A stretch of 24,000 nucleotides of DNA. It comes from Kitasatospora hibisci. Lineage in GTDB: Bacteria > Actinomycetota > Actinomycetes > Streptomycetales > Streptomycetaceae. A program made the translations under genes and the position numbers. The notes beneath the pieces were generated by a model. The model was not told where the DNA came from. It did not search any database and saw nothing but the letters and a program-made list of their open reading frames with translations. Shown piece by piece: positions 16,124 to 22,438 of this stretch; positions within the stretch are counted from its first letter, which is position 1; every line of letters begins with the position of its first letter. The DNA lies in NCBI RefSeq assembly GCF_043950205.1, contig NZ_CP171642.1:7356294-7380293 (forward strand), given 5' to 3'.

Positions 16124-17485
16124 TCAGGGGCAGTGGACGAGGGCGGGGTGGTCCTTGGTGCGGACGGCGGGGAGCCAGGCGGTGGTGGGGCCGGGGAGGT
16201 GGACGCGGTACCAGAGGGTGGAGGAGCGGTCCTCTTCGTCGATGACGGGGAGGCCGGTGGGGAGTTGGCAGTCGGCGTCGAGGAGGTCGTCGTGCCAGAC
16301 GCGGGTGGGAACGACGTTCTCGGCGGTGTAGGGGCGAAGGGGGTCGACGGCGAGGCCGAGGCTGCACCGGGGGTCGCGGTCGGCGCGGTCCTGGCAGCTG
16401 CGTTCGGCGTTGAAGACCCTGATGCGGGTGGGGTGTTCGGCCGGGCCGGAGTGCGGCCGCAACACGGCGACGGCGACCGCGGCCGCGGCGCAGGCGGCGA
16501 GGGCGAGCACGACGGTGCGCGGTCGGGGGTGACGGGTGCGGCGGCCGGACCGGTGGGCGCGGATCCGGGCGAGCAGGCTCTCGGCGGTGTACGGGGCGCG
16601 GGCGGCGTGGGTGGGGGCGAGGCAGTCGGCGGCGAGGGCGCGCCAGAACGGGGGGACCTCGGGGGCCAGTCGCAGCGCGGCGCGGCCCTGGGCGTACTGC
16701 TGGGCGGCGGCGCTGCGGGCGGTGGGGGTGGCGCCGGGGAAGGGCGGGACACCGGCGGCGAACACCTCGTGGATCACGATGCCGAGCGCCCAGATGTCGG
16801 CGGTGGGACGGATCTTGACGCCGTGTTCGCCGAGCGGCTCCCTCCAGCGCTCCGGCGGGAGGTAGTCGGGGGTGCCCATGGGGGCGGAGTGGCCGTGGGT
16901 GCCGGTGAGTTCGATGGCGAGGCCGAAGTCGGAGAGGCGGACCTCGCCGTCCTCGGCGATGAGGACGTTCTCTGGCTTGAGGTCGGTGTGGACCCAGCCG
17001 GAGCGGTGCAGGTGGGCCAGGCCCTCGCAGATGCCGGCGATGATCCGGGCGCCCCGGTCCTCGTCGACGCCGGTGGCGAGCAGGTCGCGCAGCGTGCCCC
17101 GGGCCCGTTCCATCACCAGGACGGTCGCGCCGTCGAGCGCGGGGTGGCCGGGGGAGTCCAGGGCGAGGGTGTCGAGCAGGCGGACCAGCCGAGGGTGCGG
17201 GGCGGTGCGGGCCAACTCGGCCTCGCGGCGCGCGGCGTCGGCGACCTGGCGGGCCTGGCGGGGGGCGAGTCCGGCGGTCGGCAGCACCTTGAGGGCCACG
17301 GTGTCGTCCACGCCGGCCGTGTTGTCCGAGCCGTCGGCACGAGTGGTGTCCTCGGCCCGGCGGGCGGCGTAGACGGTGGCCCATCCCCCTTCGCCGATCG
17401 GCTCGGTGACGATCCAGTCGCCGATCCGGTGGCCGGCGGGCAGCAGTTCCTGTCCGGACCCGCGGAAGGCCGGAACGTGCACCAT
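16124..17485 (-). CDS. Membrane Ser/Thr protein kinase (Hanks type, non-RD) with a Cys-containing extracytoplasmic C-terminal domain
   Basis: Track ORF. Motifs: IGEGGWATVY, VALKVL, HTDLKPENVLI (Thr instead of Arg before the catalytic Asp), SDFGLA, GTPDYLPPE. TM segment VVLALAACAAAAVAVAVL, then ~110 aa with 4 Cys. Confidence 0.85.
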   Translation of the reverse strand: MVHVPAFRGSGQELLPAGHRIGDWIVTEPIGEGGWATVYAARRAEDTTRADGSDNTAGVDDTVALKVLPTAGLAPRQARQVADAARREAELARTAPHPRLVRLLDTLALDSPGHPALDGATVLVMERARGTLRDLLATGVDEDRGARIIAGICEGLAHLHRSGWVHTDLKPENVLIAEDGEVRLSDFGLAIELTGTHGHSAPMGTPDYLPPERWREPLGEHGVKIRPTADIWALGIVIHEVFAAGVPPFPGATPTARSAAAQQYAQGRAALRLAPEVPPFWRALAADCLAPTHAARAPYTAESLLARIRAHRSGRRTRHPRPRTVVLALAACAAAAVAVAVLRPHSGPAEHPTRIRVFNAERSCQDRADRDPRCSLGLAVDPLRPYTAENVVPTRVWHDDLLDADCQLPTGLPVIDEEDRSSTLWYRVHLPGPTTAWLPAVRTKDHPALVHCP

Positions 17486-17492
17486 CGGGCCC

Positions 17493-18260
17493 CTACCCCC
17501 GGGGCCCGGCGGCTTCGGGGCGCGGCAGGAGTGCCAGGTGCTCCTCGCGAACGATGCCGAACTTCAGGGCGAGTCCCACGACGGCCTCGCGCTTGCCGCT
17601 GCGGCGGTCCGCGCGGCCCGCGTCGTCGGGCAGGTCGATGCGGAGCTTCTCGTCGGCGAGGTAGTCGAGGTGCGAACTGACCGCGCGGGCGGTGAGCCGG
17701 GCGCAGACGGGGTGGTCGCGCAGCCGCGCGACCACCTGGGGGGTGGTGGGCACGGCGGCGGGGGAGCGGTCACGCAGCCACGGCTCGCAGAGCGCGACCA
17801 GGACCAGGAAGTAGGTGGCGGTCTCGTCCAGCGAGTACGCCGTCATGGTGCGGCTCTCCCAGGAGCCGCCACCGCGGGCCTGCGGGTCCAGGTAGACGTG
17901 GTCGGGCGCGAACACCTGGAAGGACAGCGGCGTCTCACGCCGTGAGGGCAGCACCACGCGGGAGAACTCGAACGGGATCGGCGCGCCGATGCGCCGTGGC
18001 GGCACCCGCAGGTACTCGCCGGCGCCCTCCGGGTTCTCCACCAGATAGGCGTGGGTGCTGCTGAGGTTGCTCAACTGCCAGTGGTCGTCGGTCGCGTGGA
18101 TCTCGCCGGCGAGGCGGGAGACCGTCTCGTCGCCGAGTCGGAGCTCCACCGGCGTGCCGGCGGAGCCGCGGCCGAAGCGCACCCGCTCCCCCGGACCGAG
18201 CCGCAAGGTCACCGCGTCCTCGCCGTTCCCCTCCGGCAGGTGGACGAGAATCCCGCTCAC
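17493..18260 (-). CDS. FHA-like domain protein (N-terminal FHA-like, C-terminal unknown/possibly helical)
   Basis: Track ORF with a GTG start preceded by GGAGG. FHA-like pattern: VRFGRGS..VSRLAGEI..LSNLSSTHAYLVEN. Its stop is 7 nt before the kinase ATG, so the two are probably coupled. Confidence 0.6.
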   Translation of the reverse strand: MSGILVHLPEGNGEDAVTLRLGPGERVRFGRGSAGTPVELRLGDETVSRLAGEIHATDDHWQLSNLSSTHAYLVENPEGAGEYLRVPPRRIGAPIPFEFSRVVLPSRRETPLSFQVFAPDHVYLDPQARGGGSWESRTMTAYSLDETATYFLVLVALCEPWLRDRSPAAVPTTPQVVARLRDHPVCARLTARAVSSHLDYLADEKLRIDLPDDAGRADRRSGKREAVVGLALKFGIVREEHLALLPRPEAAGPRG

Positions 18261-18477
18261 CGTTCCTCCGTCCCGCGCACCGCTTCCCCGTTCGCCTGCC
18301 GATCGTTGTCGGACGGACGGAACGTTACCTCCTTGGGCATGACAATAAACCGTATGGTGGCGCAGGCCACGCGACGGTGAAGCAGGGGAACGCGCGTGCG
18401 GAGGGTCAGCGCATCGGCGCCCTCGGGTGCGGCAACGGCGCCGGCCGGCCGCCGCCCACGGCGGTACGGCCCGCGAG

Positions 18478-18522
18478 CGGGAGCACGCGTGCTCCCGCTC
18501 CGGCAGCCCGCAGCGGGCTGTG
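18478..18522 (-). terminator. Two adjacent GC-rich hairpins downstream of the lytic gene pair
   Basis: Palindrome GGGAGCACGCGTGCTCCC (about 18479-18496) and CAGCCCGC-a-GCGGGCTG (18504-18520) lie 45-90 nt after the stop at 18568. No T-tract. Confidence 0.4.
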
Positions 18523-18567
18523 CCCGCTGATCGGGGACATCGTCGCCCTCCAGGAGTTCCGGTGCGG

Positions 18568-19574
18568 TCAGGGGACGGCGGGTCCGGCGGTGGTGTTCAG
18601 CCAGGTCCAGTCGGACCAGGTGGAGAATCCGGTCTGCCACTTGTGGTGGACGCCGGCGCTGCTGGTGCCGAAGACCTCGATCCGGCCGTCGGCGTTGGCG
18701 GTGGCGACGGTCTCGGTGCCGGCGCCGCCGAAGGTGTCCCACGGGCCGTAGGGCGCGTTGACGCCGGTCTGCCAGGTGTGCTGCGCGGTGCTGCCGTTGA
18801 TGGCGAACACCTCCACCCGCCCGTCGGGCGAACGCTCACTGGTGAGTTGGGAGTCGGCGGGTCCGCCGGCGGGTTCCCAGTCGGACCAGGTGGTGGGGTT
18901 GGTCTGGTACTTGTGGAAGACGCCTGCGGGTCCGGAGGCGAGGACTTCGAGGCGGCCGTCCTGGTTGTGGTCGACGGTGAGGTCGTGGCCGCCGCCGCCG
19001 AAGGTCTCCCAGGTGGACCAGGCGCCGTTGACGGCGGTCTGCCATTGGTGTTGGAAGGTGGTGGTGTTGAGGGCGAAGACTTCGAGGCGGCCGTCGGGGG
19101 CCTTGCCGAGTGAGATGCGGCTGTCGGCGGGGCCGCCGCCGGCGGGTTCCCAGTCGGACCAGCCGCTGTTGGGTGCGGTCTGGTACTTGTGGAAGATGCC
19201 GGCGGGTCCGGAGGCGAAGACTTCGAGGCGGCCGTCCTGGTTGGAGCCGGCGGCGATGGAGTGGCCGCCGCCGCCGAAGGTCTCCCAGTCGGACCAGGTG
19301 CCGGAGGGCTGGAGCTGGTAGCGGTGCTGGAAGGTGGTGCCGTTGATGGCGAACATCTCCAGGCGGCCGTCGGGGTTCGGGCCGATCGCCAACTCGGCGC
19401 CGCCGGGGCCGCCCAGGGGTTCCCAGTCCGACCAGGCACCGCTCACGGCGGTCTGCCAGGCGTGCGAGACGCCGTCGGCACCGGCTGCGAACACCTCCAG
19501 CCGGCCGTCCGCCGAACGCGCCGACACCACCTTCCCGGACTGCGCCGGATACACCAACGGCGCCGGTCCGGGCT
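18568..19574 (-). repeat. Copy 1 of a ~1.0 kb direct repeat (propeller-coding module); internally 7 blade repeats with a ~276-bp two-blade periodicity
   Basis: Aligns with 20049..21055 at a constant offset of 1481 bp. Several track ORFs in other frames recur with the same offset, for example 19110..19346 vs 20591..20827 and 19189.. vs 20670... Confidence 0.9.
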
Positions 19575-20037
19575 CGTGGTGGCCGTGCCGGTCCGCGGCG
19601 GCGCGCGCCGCGTCCAGGTACCGCAGGTGGGCACCCGCGTTGTAGGTCGACCAGGGCTGCCAGTTGGTGCCGCCGTTGGAGATGCGGAAGGTCTCGTCGG
19701 CGTTGCACTGGGCGTCGTAGGCGCAGGCGTCGGTGACCTCGGGATGCCAGTAGTCGTTGATCTCCCACAGGCCGCGGTCGGTGGACGGCGGGGTGTTGTT
19801 CTGGACGTTGGACGCCAGCGGGTTGCAGCTGGACTCGGCCATGCCGACGGCGATCGCGGTCACCAGGGCGTCGCCCCGGAACCCCGCGTTGTAGCCGACC
19901 TCGGCGCACAGGTCGATGCCGGTGGCGGCCGGTGCGGGCGTGGCGCCGACCACCAGGCCCGCCGCCACGCCCAGTGCGGCGCATGCGGACAGCAGGACCC
20001 GGTGGGACGCCCGGCGGGCAGGTTGTGTGCTGGTCAC
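18568..20037 (-). CDS. Secreted lysozyme/SLT-like glycosidase fused to a 7-bladed Trp-rich (lectin-like) beta-propeller
   Basis: In-frame C-terminal part of track ORF 18568..21300. GTG at 20037 has GAGGAG 7 nt upstream. Signal peptide RRASHRVLLSACAALGVAAGLVVGATPAPA. Catalytic-domain motifs AIAVGMAESSCNP and STDRGLWEINDYWHPE (about nt 19588-19917). Seven ~45-aa repeats DGR[LIV]EVF..H.[WY]Q..WS.WE..GG follow (nt 18571-19566). Confidence 0.85.
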   Translation of the reverse strand: MTSTQPARRASHRVLLSACAALGVAAGLVVGATPAPAATGIDLCAEVGYNAGFRGDALVTAIAVGMAESSCNPLASNVQNNTPPSTDRGLWEINDYWHPEVTDACAYDAQCNADETFRISNGGTNWQPWSTYNAGAHLRYLDAARAAADRHGHHEPGPAPLVYPAQSGKVVSARSADGRLEVFAAGADGVSHAWQTAVSGAWSDWEPLGGPGGAELAIGPNPDGRLEMFAINGTTFQHRYQLQPSGTWSDWETFGGGGHSIAAGSNQDGRLEVFASGPAGIFHKYQTAPNSGWSDWEPAGGGPADSRISLGKAPDGRLEVFALNTTTFQHQWQTAVNGAWSTWETFGGGGHDLTVDHNQDGRLEVLASGPAGVFHKYQTNPTTWSDWEPAGGPADSQLTSERSPDGRVEVFAINGSTAQHTWQTGVNAPYGPWDTFGGAGTETVATANADGRIEVFGTSSAGVHHKWQTGFSTWSDWTWLNTTAGPAVP

Positions 20038-20048
20038 GTGGTCGCTCC

Positions 20049-21055
20049 TCAACTGACGGCGGGTCCGGCGGTGGTGTTCAGCCAGGTCCAGTCGGACCAG
20101 GTGGAGAATCCGGTCTGCCACTTGTGGTGGACGCCGGCGCTGCTGGTGCCGAAGACCTCGATCCGGCCGTCGGCGTTGGCGGTGGCGATGATCTCGGTGC
20201 CGGCGCCGCCGAAGGTGTCCCACGGGCCGTAGGGGGCGTTCAGGTTGGTCTGCCAGGTGTGCTGCGCGGTGCTGCCGTTGATGGCGAACACCTCCACGCG
20301 GCCGTCCGCGGTGGGCTGGCTGGTGAGTTGGGAGTCGGCGGGTCCGCCGGCGGGTTCCCAGTCGGACCAGGTGGTGGGGTTGGTCTGGTACTTGTGGAAG
20401 ACGCCTGCGGGTCCGGAGGCGAGGACTTCGAGGCGGCCGTCCTGGTTGTGGTCGACGGTGAGGTCGTGGCCGCCGCCGCCGAAGGTCTCCCAGGTGGACC
20501 AGGCGCCGTTGACGGCGGTCTGCCATTGGTGTTGGAAGGTGGTGGTGTTGAGGGCGAAGACTTCGAGGCGGCCGTCGGGGGCCTTGCCGAGTGAGATGCG
20601 GCTGTCGGCGGGGCCGCCGCCGGCGGGTTCCCAGTCGGACCAGCCGCTGTTGGGTGCGGTCTGGTACTTGTGGAAGATGCCGGCGGGTCCGGAGGCGAAG
20701 ACTTCGAGGCGGCCGTCCTGGTTGGAGCCGGCGGCGATGGAGTGGCCGCCGCCGCCGAAGGTCTCCCAGTCGGACCAGGTGCCGGAGGGCTGGAGCTGGT
20801 AGCGGTGCTGGAAGGTGGTGCCGTTGATGGCGAACATCTCCAGGCGGCCGTCGGGGTTCGGGCCGATCGCCAACTCGGCGCCGCCGGGGCCGCCCAGGGG
20901 TTCCCAGTCCGACCAGGCACCGCTCACGGCGGTCTGCCAGGCGTGCGAGACGCCGTCGGCACCGGCCGCGAACACCTCCAGCCGGCCGTCCGCCGAACGC
21001 GCCGACACCACCTTCCCGGACTGCGCCGGATACACCAACGGGGCGGGGCGCGGAC
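20049..21055 (-). repeat. Copy 2 of the ~1.0 kb direct repeat (propeller-coding module)
   Basis: See copy 1. Similarity ends at about 21052-21055, just upstream of the shared PAPLVYPAQSGK linker. Confidence 0.9.
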
Positions 21056-21581
21056 CGGTTCCCGGGGTGCAGGGCATGGTGATCCCGCGCTCCGCCAGGT
21101 AGGGGATCGGGTCGGTACGCACGGTCGCGTCCGGGTCGGCCCAGACCCGCAGGTGCAGGTGCGGCCCGCTGGAGGTGCCCTCGCTGCCCATCTGCGCGAT
21201 CGGCTGACCGGCCGTCACGTGGTCGCCGGTGGCGACGTCCCGCTCGCGCATGTGCCCGTACTCGGTGATGGTCCCGTCCGGGTGCAGGATGCGGATCCAC
21301 TGGCCGTAGCCCTGCGCCGCGCCGGAGACCAGTACCCGGCCGTCGCCGACCGCGTAGATCGGGGTGCCGTAGTCGTTGGCGATGTCGATGCCGTTGTGCT
21401 CCGGGGTGTAGCCCTGGGAGATGTAGCCGGCCGCCGGGCAGGACGCCGCGAATCCGTCGGCCGCTGCAGGGGTGGCCGAGGCGGGGGCGGCCGGCAGGGT
21501 GACCGGCAGCAGCAGGGTGACCGCGGCCATGGCCAGGCGCGCGGCCCGGCGGGAGGTGCGACGGGTGAAGGAGGGGAACAC
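20049..21581 (-). CDS. Secreted M23 (LytM/lysostaphin-type) metallo-endopeptidase fused to the same 7-bladed propeller
   Basis: In-frame C-terminal part of track ORF 20049..22328. GTG at 21581 is preceded by GAGGGG; ATG 21530 is a less likely alternative because it lacks a charged n-region. Signal peptide TRRTSRRAARLAMAAVTLLLPVTLPAAPASA. M23 motifs HNGIDIA, PIYAVGDGRV, TEYGHM and GPHLHLRV (about nt 21096-21428). The 332-aa propeller occupies nt 20052-21047. Confidence 0.85.
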   Translation of the reverse strand: MFPSFTRRTSRRAARLAMAAVTLLLPVTLPAAPASATPAAADGFAASCPAAGYISQGYTPEHNGIDIANDYGTPIYAVGDGRVLVSGAAQGYGQWIRILHPDGTITEYGHMRERDVATGDHVTAGQPIAQMGSEGTSSGPHLHLRVWADPDATVRTDPIPYLAERGITMPCTPGTGPRPAPLVYPAQSGKVVSARSADGRLEVFAAGADGVSHAWQTAVSGAWSDWEPLGGPGGAELAIGPNPDGRLEMFAINGTTFQHRYQLQPSGTWSDWETFGGGGHSIAAGSNQDGRLEVFASGPAGIFHKYQTAPNSGWSDWEPAGGGPADSRISLGKAPDGRLEVFALNTTTFQHQWQTAVNGAWSTWETFGGGGHDLTVDHNQDGRLEVLASGPAGVFHKYQTNPTTWSDWEPAGGPADSQLTSQPTADGRVEVFAINGSTAQHTWQTNLNAPYGPWDTFGGAGTEIIATANADGRIEVFGTSSAGVHHKWQTGFSTWSDWTWLNTTAGPAVS

Positions 21582-22018
21582 CGGGCCGCCCCTCACGCCT
21601 TGCACGGACGGCCGACGGTGCCGCCGGGCGCCGACGGGCCCGCGGCGCCCGGTTCCGGTGCGGCGACGAACCCGCCGGGGGAGTTCGGGACGCTGCTGCG
21701 GGTGGGGTGGTGCGCGGTCAACGTGACCTCCTGCGGGCGTGACGGCCACCTGTCCGGACCGCCGGGGAGTGGGGCGGTTGGGACGGTAGCCACGCACCGC
21801 ACGGCACAGAACCCGGAACCATCCGGACTGACAGGGGCTCACCGGCCGAGGAGACTGTCGTCCTCCGGACGGGGCTGTGCAGGGCACGCCGGACGGCGGC
21901 GGGAATGCGTGGTCGGCACATGCGTGGTCAGCAGGAGTCGACGGACCGGCCCCGCCCCGGCAGAGGCGGGCCTGAACGGCCGGGGACCCGTAGGGCGGGG
22001 TCAGCCGCCCGCCGGGGG

Positions 22019-22438
22019 TCAGCGCCGTGCGGCGGCCTTGTCCAGGTCGGCGGTGAACCTTGCGAACTCCTTCCGCCAAGCGAGGCGAACGTTCATCCGG
22101 GTGGGTTCGTCGTGCCCGGGGAGGGCGAACGGGAAGGAGCTCCAGAGCAGTCGGCGGCGGACCGTGCCCATCCGGCGGGCCGTTTCGTCCCGGTCGAAGC
22201 TGTAGACGAGGTCGCCCGGCCGCTGCCCTATGCCCCTGGTCTTGACCTGGTGGAAGTGGACGGACCGCGCGGTCGCGGTGACGAAGTAGGTGTCGGCGTC
22301 GAGGCCGCCGCCGAGGCAGGAGAGCCATGGGCTGTCGTCGAGGAACACGCCGAAGACGGTGAGCGGGGGATCGGTCGGATCCATCTCAAGCACCGTCTGC
22401 TCGACCTGCTTGATCGTGGCGTCCTTGCGCACTGCCAT
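22019..22438 (-). CDS. Small cytoplasmic protein of unknown function (139 aa)
   Basis: In-frame part of track ORF 22019..22720. ATG at 22438 has GGGAGG 8 nt upstream. The composition is protein-like (MAVRKDATIKQVEQTVLEMDP..), unlike the Pro/Arg/Gly-rich upstream extension. No signal peptide and no motif I can name. Confidence 0.5.
   Translation of the reverse strand: MAVRKDATIKQVEQTVLEMDPTDPPLTVFGVFLDDSPWLSCLGGGLDADTYFVTATARSVHFHQVKTRGIGQRPGDLVYSFDRDETARRMGTVRRRLLWSSFPFALPGHDEPTRMNVRLAWRKEFARFTADLDKAAARR

Noticed and set aside
14375-17680. ORFs 14375..16078 -, 16104..17384 -, 16133..17680 +, 13795..15729 +
   Set aside because: Arg/Pro/Gly-rich shadow frames over the esterase, SARP and kinase genes.
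18240-18481. Apparent 1-nt discrepancies (an extra g near 18240/18241 and a missing g near 18480/18481) between my reading of the sequence lines and the ORF-track translations; considered as a frameshift or pseudogene signal
   Set aside because: The two discrepancies compensate each other. They lie at line breaks and in intergenic or upstream-ORF DNA, and the track frames are self-consistent. This is most likely my reading error. Track coordinates were used, so positions in this interval may be off by 1.
18527-18546. ATCGGGGACATCG, a partial look-alike of the TCATCGG direct-repeat element, in the gap downstream of the lytic pair
   Set aside because: The half-site spacing is 9 nt instead of 11, the heptamers are incomplete, and the orientation and position do not fit a promoter for a neighbouring gene.
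19975-20037. Possible lipobox (LLSAC) in the signal peptide of the lysozyme-like protein
   Set aside because: The hydrophobic region before the Cys is only ~3 residues. A longer h-region follows it, with an APA cleavage motif, so a Sec/Tat secretory signal is more likely than a lipoprotein signal.
18568-21581. Periodic repeats considered as a CRISPR array or as a duplicated mobile element
   Set aside because: The repeats are in-frame protein blades (~135-140 bp, no unique spacers) inside two intact CDSs. No transposase, terminal inverted repeats or target-site duplications were seen.
21800-21880. ydaO/c-di-AMP-riboswitch-like string (plus strand ..CCGGACTGACAGGGGCTCACCGGCCGAGG..), considered because such riboswitches precede actinobacterial cell-wall hydrolase genes
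   Set aside because: The resemblance to the conserved CCGACAGCTCACCTCG segment is imperfect (extra GGG). The other conserved segments (GGGGTGAATC, ACGGGGA) were not found. The string is on the strand opposite to the downstream M23 gene. A covariance-model scan is needed to be sure.
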